64,000 nt of DNA from Pseudomonadota bacterium (GTDB taxonomy: Bacteria; Campylobacterota; Campylobacteria; Campylobacterales; Sulfurimonadaceae): positions 96,001 through 160,000 of the forward strand of contig JAZDQA010000001.1 in the NCBI GenBank assembly GCA_043797085.1. Reading direction: 5' to 3'. Each line of letters begins with the position of its first letter. The first letter of the stretch is position 1. Of this stretch, positions 20,842-30,700 are shown in pieces. The position numbers and the translations under genes were made by a program. The notes below the pieces were generated by a model. That model was given only the letters and a program-made list of their open reading frames with translations. It did no database searches and was not told the DNA's origin.

Positions 20842-21636
20842 ATGATACTTTTAGCCGGACCGTGTGTCATTGAGAGCGAAGAGTCGATATTTAAAATCGC
20901 CAAAAGCTTAGAGCGTTATCACAACGATCCGCGATTTGATTTTTATTTTAAATCGAGTTTTGATAAAGCCAATCGTACTTCATTGGACAGTTACCGAGGT
21001 CCTGGATTGGAAGAGGGCTTGCGAATTTTGCAAAAAGTCAAAGACGATTTCGGCTACAAGATTGTAACGGACGTTCATGAGAGCTATCAGGTTCCCATTG
21101 CAGCAGAAGTGATCGACATGATCCAAATTCCTGCTTTTTTGTGCCGTCAAACCGATTTATTGGTTGCCGCTGCAAAGACCGATAAAATTGTTAATATCAA
21201 AAAAGGGCAGTTTATGACCCCAAGTGATATGCAGTTTTCGGTCGCTAAAGTCCTTAAAACACGAGGATGCGATGAGGTGACATACGAAGCATCGCAAAAA
21301 AATGGAGTCCTTTTATGTGAGCGCGGTTCGACATTCGGATACGGTAATCTCGTAGTCGATATGCGTTCTCTTGTCATTATGCGGCAGTTTGCTCCAGTTA
21401 TCTTCGATGCGACCCATTCGGTACAGATGCCGGGAACGGGAACGGGGAAAACAGGCGGGGACAGCTCCATGGTTCCCCACCTCGCACGTGCTGCGGCAGC
21501 AGTAGGCGTGGATGGATTTTTCTTCGAAACCCATTTTGATCCGATTTGCGCTTTGAGTGACGGTCCAAATATGCTAAAATTAGAACAATTAGAAGAGCTA
21601 AGTGAGAAATTATTGCAGTTGGATGCGATAAAGTAA
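20842..21636 (+). CDS. kdsA: KDO-8-phosphate synthase
   Basis: [39 protein letters not shown]; start ATG 20842 after AGGAG. Confidence 0.97.
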   Translation: MILLAGPCVIESEESIFKIAKSLERYHNDPRFDFYFKSSFDKANRTSLDSYRGPGLEEGLRILQKVKDDFGYKIVTDVHESYQVPIAAEVIDMIQIPAFLCRQTDLLVAAAKTDKIVNIKKGQFMTPSDMQFSVAKVLKTRGCDEVTYEASQKNGVLLCERGSTFGYGNLVVDMRSLVIMRQFAPVIFDATHSVQMPGTGTGKTGGDSSMVPHLARAAAAVGVDGFFFETHFDPICALSDGPNMLKLEQLEELSEKLLQLDAIK

Positions 21637-21642
21637 TTTGTT

Positions 21643-21708
21643 TGTCAACCCGTTCTTGATACGAGATCCATATTTTTTGTGGATTCCGTGTCGGTGCACG
21701 GAATGACA
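21643..21708. repeat. Palindromic REP/RPE4-like doublet (family 3)
   Basis: TGTCAACCCG..CGAGATCCA-spacer-TGGATTCCGTG..CACGGAATGACA; inverted pair of GTCATTCC..GGAATCCA units. Confidence 0.7.
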
Positions 21709-21746
21709 GTAATGGTGATAAAAAACAAAACCCACAAAGGAAAAAT

Positions 21747-22217
21747 ATGAAACTTATCGAAGGCAAATTAAGCGTTAAAAACGGCAAAAAAGTCGCAATC
21801 GTAAGTACACGATGGAATCATTTTATCGTAGACAGACTCGTTGAAGGGGCAAAAGATGCTTTTTCACGACATGGCGGAAATGATGAGGATTTGACCCATG
21901 TTTTAGCTCCTGGAGCGTATGAACTTCCGATGGTTATTGATCAGCTTTTATCGACTGGGAAATACGATGCCGTTTGTGCATTAGGTGCTGTTATTCGCGG
22001 TTCTACCCCCCATTTTGATTATGTTTCGGCTGAGGCTACCAAAGGGATTGCAACGATGAGTTTAAAACATCAAAAACCGGTTGCATTTGGACTATTGACC
22101 ACCGATACCATTGAGCAAGCGATTGAGCGTGCAGGGACAAAAGCAGGAAATAAAGGATTTGAAGCCATGACAGTAGTTATCGAAATGTTAGATTTATACG
22201 AAGCGATTGGCGCATAA
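21747..22217 (+). CDS. ribH: 6,7-dimethyl-8-ribityllumazine synthase
   Basis: [33 protein letters not shown]. Confidence 0.97.
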   Translation: MKLIEGKLSVKNGKKVAIVSTRWNHFIVDRLVEGAKDAFSRHGGNDEDLTHVLAPGAYELPMVIDQLLSTGKYDAVCALGAVIRGSTPHFDYVSAEATKGIATMSLKHQKPVAFGLLTTDTIEQAIERAGTKAGNKGFEAMTVVIEMLDLYEAIGA

Positions 22218-22615
22218 TGGCAACACGTCATCAAGCCCGTATGGCAGTTGTCAGTCTTCTTTATGCGTATGATTTAGGCAATAAAAGTATCGCAGATTTT
22301 AGTGATGAGATTATGGAAGAGAAGAAAATCCGTAATAAACAGCGCGATTTTGCGATGGATTTATTTCGTGGTGTGACGGAGCATTTGGTTGCCGTAGACG
22401 AAGCGATCGAAAAACATCTTAAAGATTGGGATTTTGACCGCTTGGGTTCTATTGAGCGTGCAACACTTCGTTTGGGCGCGTATGAGATCATGTATGGCGA
22501 GCTCGATACTGCGGTGATTATCAACGAAGCGATTGAAGTGACCAAAGCATTTGGAAGCGAGCAATCCCCAAAATTTATCAATGGTGTCCTAGACGCGATT
22601 TCAAAAGACAAGTAG
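22217..22615 (+). CDS. nusB: Transcription antitermination factor NusB
   Basis: [30 protein letters not shown]; ribH-nusB synteny. Confidence 0.96.
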   Translation: MATRHQARMAVVSLLYAYDLGNKSIADFSDEIMEEKKIRNKQRDFAMDLFRGVTEHLVAVDEAIEKHLKDWDFDRLGSIERATLRLGAYEIMYGELDTAVIINEAIEVTKAFGSEQSPKFINGVLDAISKDK

Positions 22616-22622
22616 ACTTGTA

Positions 22623-23669
22623 ATGCGACTTACAAAAGAACAAGCTCTAGATTACATTCGAAACGGGGATTTAAAAGAACTCGGTCGTATGGCAACAGCA
22701 CGTAAGAAAGAGCTTCATCCTGATGGGATTACCACATTCGTCGTTGATCGAAACATCAACTATACCAATGTTTGTTGGGTTGATTGCAAATTTTGCGCTT
22801 TTTATCGCAGCCCTAAAGACAAAGAAGCGTATGTTCTTACTTTTGAAGAAATTGATCAAAAAATTGATGAGCTTTTAGAGATCGGCGGAACGCAAATTTT
22901 GTTCCAAGGCGGTGTTCATCCCAAACTCAAAATCGAGTGGTATGAAGATTTGGTTGAGCATATACATATCAAATATCCGACCATTACCATCCATGGATTT
23001 TCCTCGATAGAGCTGGATTACATCGCCAAAGTTTCCCATATCACCATCCAAGAGTGTTTAGCACGTTTACACGCCAAAGGGCTTGCGTCAATTCCTGGTG
23101 CGGGTGCAGAAATCCTCAGTGACCGTGTCCGTGATATCATTGCTCCGAAAAAAATTGACAGCGAAGTGTGGCTCCATGTTCATCGTGAAGCACACAAGTT
23201 GGGGATTAAATCAACGGCTACGATGATGTACGGAACAGTGGAAACGGATGAAGAGATTATTGAGCATTGGAATCTCATTCGCGATCTTCAAGACGAAACG
23301 GGCGGCTTTAGAGCCTTTATCATGTGGTCGTTTCAGGGGATGAATACACAGCTCATGGAAGAGCATCCTGAAATTGAAAAACAATCGTCTAACCGTTATT
23401 TGCGACTGCTTGCGGTATCGCGATTATTTTTAGATAATTTCGAGAACATTCAAAGCTCATGGGTCACCCAAGGACCTTATATCGGTCAAATGGCACTGCT
23501 GTATGGAGCGAATGATTTGGGTTCTACGATGATGGAAGAGAACGTCGTGCGCAGTGCTGGGGCAGGATTTCGGATGGCAAAAGAGGAGATGATTCGTCTC
23601 ATTCATGACATCGGGGAAACTCCTGCAATTCGTAACACGGCGTATGAGATACTTGAGAAATTCGCTTGA
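22623..23669 (+). CDS. mqnC: Cyclic dehypoxanthine futalosine synthase (radical SAM)
   Basis: TFVVDRNINYTNVCWVDCKFCAF, SIPGAGAEIL, GANDLGSTMMEENVV. Confidence 0.92.
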   Translation: MRLTKEQALDYIRNGDLKELGRMATARKKELHPDGITTFVVDRNINYTNVCWVDCKFCAFYRSPKDKEAYVLTFEEIDQKIDELLEIGGTQILFQGGVHPKLKIEWYEDLVEHIHIKYPTITIHGFSSIELDYIAKVSHITIQECLARLHAKGLASIPGAGAEILSDRVRDIIAPKKIDSEVWLHVHREAHKLGIKSTATMMYGTVETDEEIIEHWNLIRDLQDETGGFRAFIMWSFQGMNTQLMEEHPEIEKQSSNRYLRLLAVSRLFLDNFENIQSSWVTQGPYIGQMALLYGANDLGSTMMEENVVRSAGAGFRMAKEEMIRLIHDIGETPAIRNTAYEILEKFA

Positions 23670-24952
23670 AGTTTTTAACCGTTATAATTTTATTTTTAGG
23701 GCATACACTTATGGCAAGCACATTGGAATTTATAGAGATAAAAGGGGTAAAAGTTCCCTTTATTTACGAAGAGGATAAACGTCTGCCGATAGTCTCTATG
23801 CAGGTGGTGTTTACAGGAAGTGGAAGCATTGACGAAGGTAGCAATGCAGGTTTAGCACGTGTGAGTGCAAAGATGATGAATGAAGGTACGTTAAAACGTG
23901 GGGCAGTCGGATTTGCTGATGCTCTTGATGCCCACGCAATTCAACTCAGCACGAATGCAGGTTCCGAGACACTTGTAATGGAACTTGGAACGCTTCGTGA
24001 TGAGTTTGATAAGGGACTCTCTCTTATGAGTGAACTGTTACGTTCTCCCAATCTGACTAAAGAGACGTTGGACAAAATAAAAACCCTTACGATGAGTGAT
24101 ATTGCCCGTAAAGAGGCGGATTTTGATACGGTAGCCTCGGATGAACTAAAAGCAATTTTATTTGAGGGAACGCCGATTGCCACGCCAAATATCGGAACAA
24201 AAGAATCCATTGAGAAAATCAAGCTCAAAAACGTTGAAACCTTTTTAGCGGATAAAATGGTTCTTTCTAATCTTCTTGTAGTGATTGGAGGCGATTTAAA
24301 TCTCTCCGAAGCACAGGAAAAAATAACGAAACTTCTTTCCCCTTTAGCGGTAGGAAAAGTGGCATCGGCACGTCATTACGAACCTCGAAAATCTCCAAAA
24401 GAGTCTGTTTTAAATCGCCCTCAAACCCAACAAGCGTATCTTTATTTTGGTGCCCCTTTTTCTATGAAAGAGGGAGATCCTGAGTTTTACAAAGCCCGCG
24501 TTGCAATGTTCATTTTGGGCTCCAGCGGTTTTGGAAGTCGGTTGATGGAAGAAATTCGGGTAAAACGCGGATTGGCGTACTCTGCTTATTCACGTTTGGG
24601 TGTTGCGAAAACCAATACCTATTTTAGCGGTTATCTCCAAACCAAACTTGAATCACAAGATGAAGCAAAGAAAAGCGTCATTGAAGTCATTGATACGTTT
24701 GTAAAAACCGGAGTGACTCAAAGCGAACTCGATCAAGCGCGTAAATTCCTTCTGGGTTCTGAGCCGTTACGGGTTGAAACCCTCTCTCAGCGATTGGGAA
24801 GAACGTTTACTGAATATTATCAAGGAAAAGAGCTGGGTGATTCACTCAAAGAGTTAGAGATGATTCGTGCTCTTAGCCTCGATGAGGTGAACGAATTTAT
24901 CAAACGTCATAATGAGATTACGCAACTAAGCTATGCGATAGTGACGAAGTAG
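23666..24952 (+). CDS. M16 (pitrilysin) family protein, probably the non-catalytic subunit
   Basis: GFGSRLMEEIRVKRGLAYS; HxxEH zinc motif absent (ARVSAK); TTG start, alternative ATG 23711. Confidence 0.85.
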   Translation: MKFLTVIILFLGHTLMASTLEFIEIKGVKVPFIYEEDKRLPIVSMQVVFTGSGSIDEGSNAGLARVSAKMMNEGTLKRGAVGFADALDAHAIQLSTNAGSETLVMELGTLRDEFDKGLSLMSELLRSPNLTKETLDKIKTLTMSDIARKEADFDTVASDELKAILFEGTPIATPNIGTKESIEKIKLKNVETFLADKMVLSNLLVVIGGDLNLSEAQEKITKLLSPLAVGKVASARHYEPRKSPKESVLNRPQTQQAYLYFGAPFSMKEGDPEFYKARVAMFILGSSGFGSRLMEEIRVKRGLAYSAYSRLGVAKTNTYFSGYLQTKLESQDEAKKSVIEVIDTFVKTGVTQSELDQARKFLLGSEPLRVETLSQRLGRTFTEYYQGKELGDSLKELEMIRALSLDEVNEFIKRHNEITQLSYAIVTK

Positions 24953-24954
24953 TT

Positions 24955-25030
24955 GTCATTCCCGCGAAGGCGGGCGAAGTACCCTTTAGGGTGAATCCAG
25001 CTGGATCCCCGGGTCAAGCCCGAGGATGAC
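24955..25030. repeat. Palindromic REP/RPE4-like doublet (family 3) with an internal insert
   Basis: GTCATTCCCGCGAAGGCGGG[19 nt]AATCCAG-CTGGATCCCCGGGTCAAGCCCGAGGATGAC. Confidence 0.75.
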
Positions 25031-25040
25031 GGGAAAAAAC

Positions 25041-26834
25041 ATGATAAGTATTTTACCTATTGAAGACACCGAAAAATTTCATCGTCTAGGAGTAGGGAGC
25101 ATCACAGCTCTTTCGCTCATCGCCCCCACCTCATTTGAAGATCGCCGTCTAAGTACCCAATTCATCACAAATACCTCATGTGTACTCGATGCCACCGTTG
25201 AGAGTGTTGTTCGAACCCCTAAAACGCTCAAAATTATCTTTTTTGCTCATAATATAGACGAGCGAATAGAGGGGGTAATTTTTCATCCGCAATCGTACAT
25301 GATCCATCAATTCCCAACCCAACAAAGAGCTTTTTTCACAGGGAAAGCAGTATTTGAAAATGGTCGCTGGCAGATAATACAGCCCGTAAAAATCCCTGCC
25401 GTAGGCTCCTTGGTTCCCATCTATAAAACCTCTTTGCGTGTGGATGTAATGCGCCGTCTTATCGAAAAACACATTACGATAGATACCCTCATCGCCGATG
25501 GCTTGCCAGAGAATATTGCACAAACGCTCTACGACATTCATTTTCCTAAAATCCCAATGCCGCTTAGTGAACATCAGCTGTATGCGCTGAAATTTACGGA
25601 GCTTTATGACTATATGCGCCGTCTTAAACTCAAACGCCGTTTTCATCCTACTCAGTATAAAGCCAGTGGTTCGATTGAAAAGTGGAGTAAAACCCTCCCA
25701 TTTATCCTCACGGACGATCAAAAAAAAGCGATTAAGGAAATCAAAGCCGATTTATCGGGTGAAGTTGCTGCACGACGGATGATTGTTGGGGATGTTGGAT
25801 CGGGTAAAACGATGGTGATTTTGGCATCCGTTGTTTTGATGCAGCCGTATCGCTCCATCCTTATGGCGCCTACGACGATACTTGCAGCTCAATTGTACGA
25901 GGAAGCGCAAAAATTTCTTCCCGATTTACGTATTGCCTTGGTGACCAACGCGACGAAAAAAGGATCATTAGAGGAGTACGATTTCATCATCGGTACTCAC
26001 GCACTTCTTCACCGCGAACTTCCCAGTGCAGGATTGGTGATGGTGGATGAGCAGCACCGTTTTGGCACCGCTCAACGTCATGCCCTCTCCAAACTCACCG
26101 AAAACGACTCCGCCCCCCATTTTCTCCAATTCTCCGCGACCCCGATTCCTCGAACATTAGCGATGATCGAATCGGCTCACATTGATGTAAGCTTGATCGT
26201 TCAAACACCTTTTACCAAAAATATTGCAACAAAAATCATCCATAAAAACGATTTTTCTCTCTTACTAGAGCATATACGAAGTGAAATAGCGCAAGAACAT
26301 CAAGTATTGCTCGTCTATCCGCTAGTAGAGCAAAGTGAGTCAATCAATTACCAAAGCATTGATGAAGCCAGAGGCTTTTGGGAAAAGAAATTTGAAAATG
26401 TCTACGTCACCCACGGTAAAGACAAAGAAAAAGAGTCAGTATTGCGTGAGTTTCGCGAGAAAGGCTCCCTGCTCATCGCTACAACGGTAGTAGAAGTAGG
26501 CATCTCCCTCCCGCGCCTCACCACCGTCATCATCGTAGGAGCCGAACGACTGGGACTCTCCACGCTCCATCAGTTGAGAGGACGAGTCAGCCGTACTGGG
26601 CTTCAGGGATATAGCTATCTCTATACCAACACATCGGGTAAAAATGAACGCTTAGAGTCGTTTAGCACTTGTATGAGTGGTTTTGAGATTGCGGCACTAG
26701 ACCTCAAATTTCGCTCATCAGGAGATTTGCTGGAAGGAAGCATCCAAAGCGGTAAAAAGTTTCGATGGGCGGATATTGGTGAGGATGAAGAGATTGTTAA
26801 AGAAGTCAAAAAATATTTAGAAAATAATAATTAG
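25041..26834 (+). CDS. recG: ATP-dependent DNA helicase RecG
   Basis: GDVGSGKT, DEQHRFG, SATPIPRT, LHQLRGRV; start probably ATG 25041. Confidence 0.95.
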   Translation: MISILPIEDTEKFHRLGVGSITALSLIAPTSFEDRRLSTQFITNTSCVLDATVESVVRTPKTLKIIFFAHNIDERIEGVIFHPQSYMIHQFPTQQRAFFTGKAVFENGRWQIIQPVKIPAVGSLVPIYKTSLRVDVMRRLIEKHITIDTLIADGLPENIAQTLYDIHFPKIPMPLSEHQLYALKFTELYDYMRRLKLKRRFHPTQYKASGSIEKWSKTLPFILTDDQKKAIKEIKADLSGEVAARRMIVGDVGSGKTMVILASVVLMQPYRSILMAPTTILAAQLYEEAQKFLPDLRIALVTNATKKGSLEEYDFIIGTHALLHRELPSAGLVMVDEQHRFGTAQRHALSKLTENDSAPHFLQFSATPIPRTLAMIESAHIDVSLIVQTPFTKNIATKIIHKNDFSLLLEHIRSEIAQEHQVLLVYPLVEQSESINYQSIDEARGFWEKKFENVYVTHGKDKEKESVLREFREKGSLLIATTVVEVGISLPRLTTVIIVGAERLGLSTLHQLRGRVSRTGLQGYSYLYTNTSGKNERLESFSTCMSGFEIAALDLKFRSSGDLLEGSIQSGKKFRWADIGEDEEIVKEVKKYLENNN

Positions 26835-26836
26835 GC

Positions 26837-26949
26837 CTCCACAACACACCAAGAGCAAGGTCGCTCGCAGACGTGCGAAAGCGTACCGACAGCGATTTGT
26901 TGTGGAGACGATTTTCTTTTGGTTCTTTTCTTTTTTAAAAAGAAAAGAA
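26837..26949. repeat. Structured intergenic repeat, family 2 (copy 2)
   Basis: Outer stem CTCCACAACA/TGTTGTGGAG enclosing an inner hairpin and AGCGATT, followed by GATTTTCTTTTGGTTCTTTTCTT..AAGAAAAGAA. Confidence 0.65.
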
Positions 26950-26958
26950 TGAGAAGTT

Positions 26959-27495
26959 TTAATACAACCCAAACTTCCCATCATTACGTTTAAAGAGTAC
27001 CCGCATTTTCCCCTCAATGTCGTAAAACACCTCAAACTGCTTCCCGCCGCTTTTTATATTTTCGAGCACGTCAGCCACCTCTTGCGGTTTATAAAGCTCC
27101 AGTTCCATTGGGACAATCTCATCCTCCATTGCTTCACCAACGGCATGCAAGTCAACCGTATGGGCAGCGGCATTTTTAGCTTCGTTTAGCCCTTCATTTT
27201 TATGATCACTCAAACGATCGTGCAAACGGCGAAGTGCTTTTTGAGCACGATCTATCGCGATATCGATAGCAGCATAGAGATCATTGTCTCGTTGCGTGAT
27301 GACGATGGTATTGTTACCTGCTACATTGATGGTAAATTCGATTGTTACCCCTTTTTTGCGCTCATTCATGCTGGCAATAGCATTGACGCTGATAAGGTCG
27401 AGATGAAATTTAGTGAGAGTATCGATGGAGTGCATTAGATGATCTTTGATCGCATCGCTAAGTTCGATGTGGCGTCCGACGAGAGAAATATTCAT
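26959..27495 (-). CDS. hpf: Ribosome hibernation factor (long HPF / RaiA family)
   Basis: MNISLVGRHIELSDAIK, DLYAAIDIAIDR, C-terminal FEVFYD..RVLFKRNDGKFGLY. Confidence 0.9.
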   Translation of the reverse strand: MNISLVGRHIELSDAIKDHLMHSIDTLTKFHLDLISVNAIASMNERKKGVTIEFTINVAGNNTIVITQRDNDLYAAIDIAIDRAQKALRRLHDRLSDHKNEGLNEAKNAAAHTVDLHAVGEAMEDEIVPMELELYKPQEVADVLENIKSGGKQFEVFYDIEGKMRVLFKRNDGKFGLY

Positions 27496-27689
27496 GGGGT
27501 ACTGCCTTACTGTAAATTTTGAAGTAAAGTTGATTATAACACAGAAAAATCAACGGTTCAATAGCTATTATGGGTAAATACAGAGAAATATAATATCTAA
27601 TAACACAATTTAATCACGCTTTAATATTAGCTGGAATACACTTTTGTATTATGGCATTTTCTCTTTTTTTAAGAGACTAAAACGAAAGT

Positions 27690-27716
27690 TTAAAAATTGC
27701 CTTGATTTGCCGATAA
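27690..27716 (+). promoter_or_regulatory. Candidate sigma28 (FliA) promoter upstream of the adhesin operon
   Basis: TTAAA-N14-GCCGATAA; exact -10 consensus, spacing slightly short. Confidence 0.35.
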
Positions 27717-27797
27717 TGTGGTATTAAAATTGGGTTTGTATAGCGTTCGTTACCGAGCCCTGATGGTGTATGCCTTAAAAATCCCAAGGAGGATAAA

Positions 27798-30700
27798 ATG
27801 AAAACCTTAACATTATTTAGTGACACAACACTCCTGTCATTCCGTACCACGAAACGGAATCCAGTCCTTAAATTTTTATTGCGGCTGTTTGCCATTTTTG
27901 GAGTAATGATGGTGTTCGCTGTTTCGGGGTGGGGAAATGATGTTTGTGGGTCGCCTAGAGATAGTGATACATTAAGCAGCTCTAATTTGCAGTATGAACG
28001 CTATAGAAATGATAATGATTGGAATGTTGGGGCGAATACGTCAGGGACAAATGATATAACATCCCGCAATTTTTATTTTAGTGTTGCATCAGCTGGAACG
28101 GTTACAATTGAATTATACAGTATTGATAATGATCAAGCACGCTTTAGCTATGGTGATTCTACTTGTCCAACAGCATCTAGTGGAGTTAAGACAAAAACAG
28201 TTACTTTTACAGGTGCGGAGGATTTTAACATTAAAGTTTATTATGTTGCAGGGGCTCATGGTAGTATTGAATATGGTGTACGAGTAACATTTACACCGGT
28301 AGTTGTTGCCACCGCCGTAAATGACACTATTACCGTCGTTCAAAATAGTACTGTAAGTGGTAATGTCCTGACGAATGATACGGGTCCTTCGATTAGTGTT
28401 ACGACATGGAATAATCCTTCTCATGGGACACTTTCTGCAAAAAATAATGCTACTGGGGCATTTACTTATACTCCGACATCAGGCTATTCAGGTTTAGACT
28501 CTTTTACCTATGAGATAACGGATAGCGGAGGTCATACCTCTACCGCTACGGTTAATATTACTGTAACTGCTCCTTTGATTACAGATTGTCCGGGTACTGT
28601 GATAACAAATCTGAACGGAGCAACAGCGACAGCAACAGATTCAGCAAGTGGCACTATCATATCGGATACAACGTACTATTATTATTTTACTCCGGCGGTA
28701 GCCGGAACTTTGGACGTAAATTCCAATATGACAGGAAGTGATAGAAATGATCTTTATGTCTTAGATGGATGTGGTGGAAGTACTCTTGATAGTAGAACAA
28801 ATAATTCTAATAATAAATCTTTAACGGGTATCAGTGTTAGTTCAAATCAAACTATTGTCATTCAATATGTAAGTAATAGCGGCTCAGATCGTGCCTATAG
28901 TCTTGATTTTACCTTTACTGTTGTCGCCCCAACCCCGCCGACCATTGCTGTACCTGATCAACCAGCTACAGTAAGTACAGCTTTTAGTGTCGATTTAGAC
29001 AGCTATGTCACACCTACTAATGGTGATCCAATAACCGCTATAACTTTAACGGGTACATTGCCGGCAGGATTGACTTACGACACAACGACCCATATTATTA
29101 GCGGTACACCGACAGCTACGGGAACCACTGCTATGAGCGTAACGGCTACTGATAAGGATGGTACTTCTAATGTGGATGAGTTTTCGATTGTTGTGAGTGT
29201 ACTCTCTCCTCCAACCGGGAGTGTTCCCGATCAATATTTAAATGTTAGCACTGCCATGACGGCGCTTGATTTGGATAATTATTTTACTTCAAACAATGGT
29301 GCGATTACTTTTCCTGCTTCTATAGCAAGTCTCCCTGCCGGACTGTCGTACAGTAGTAGTACACATGCTATCACTGGTACACCGACAACGGTTACTGCGA
29401 CAACTAGCTATACGATTGCAGTGAGTAATAGCCAAGGTTCTATGTCCGATACGTTTACGATAACGGTTTATCCAAGTTATTCAAACAGCAATATTAGAGA
29501 TTTCACCCTTCAACGCCAAGATAACATTTACGGAGATATGCAAATTATCGGGAACTCTATCATGCTTGACAGTTCTAAGAATAGTGGTGCTGGCGGATGT
29601 GCTGACAATGGCACACCTAATAATAATGTCAATGCGATGTTTGCGGATAGAGATAGTGATAGCGGAACCTTTAATTCTACCTCTGCTAATCTAAAGCTTC
29701 CAAAAGGGGTAGATAGTACAAGAATCCAATATGCCTACCTCTATTGGCAAGGGCGTACAAATGGGTCATCTTATACCGTAAACGGTAAAACAATGAAACT
29801 CAAAACGTATGGAGATACAGCCTATACGACTATCGATACCAACACATCAAAATTTAACTGGAACGGTGATGGAGATTATCAAGGTTCTGCTGATGTCACT
29901 AACCAGATTAAACACAGTATCGATCAAGTGCCATTAGCAACGATTAGCGCGAGCGGATATGATCATCCGGTATGGGGTGCTGATGTATATGCTAGATTAT
30001 CAAGTGGTGATAATGATTTTGGTGCATGGTCACTTGTGGTGGTCTATAAAGATCCAGATCCCGTTGCAAAATTCAGAAGTGTTACATTATTTGATGGATA
30101 TCTTGAAGTATTTAATAGCAATAAAACAGTTACTTTGAACGGATTTTTGACCCCTAAAACCGGTTTGGTCGATGCAAAGTTTTTGATGTTTGGAGGAGAA
30201 GGGGATATTAGTTACTCTGATGGTTTAACATTGACAAATTCTTCAGGTACAGCTATTTCATTACTTAACGCTCCAGGAACTCCATCAGGAACAACAAGTG
30301 TGTGGGGATCTAGTGAAGATATTAATGGGGTTAACGTCACTAATCGAAACCCAAATTGTCAAAATACGATCGGAATCGATATGCGTACCTTTAGTGTCGG
30401 AACATCCAGTGCTACTCCGATTATTGGAAATAATCAAACCAGTACAGCAGTGTCTCTAAAAGGTACTGGGGATGATCAATATTTTCCTGGCGTTTTTGCG
30501 TTTTCTACTGAGTTGTATATGCCAAAACTCTGTTACGACTATTCTTTGAAACAAGATGGGAGCTTTCTTAGTATCGACCGTTCAAATCCGATAGCGCAAA
30601 TCAACCAAGCAATTACCAGTTCACCATTAGAGCTATCGGTTTATTTGCGTAATAAAGAAGCGGATATTACGGCTCAGCATATCTCGCTAAAAGCCGATCT

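Noticed and set aside
25026..25040. ORF-track start of recG (MTGKN)
   Set aside because: That ATG comes from the end of the palindromic repeat; ATG 25041 is more plausible
27631..27650. Sigma54 promoter (TGGAATAC...)
   Set aside because: No GC at the -12 position relative to the GG
27720..27790. c-di-GMP riboswitch in the adhesin leader
   Set aside because: Some GC-rich pairing, but class I (GGCAAA..GACGCAAAG) and class II motifs are absent
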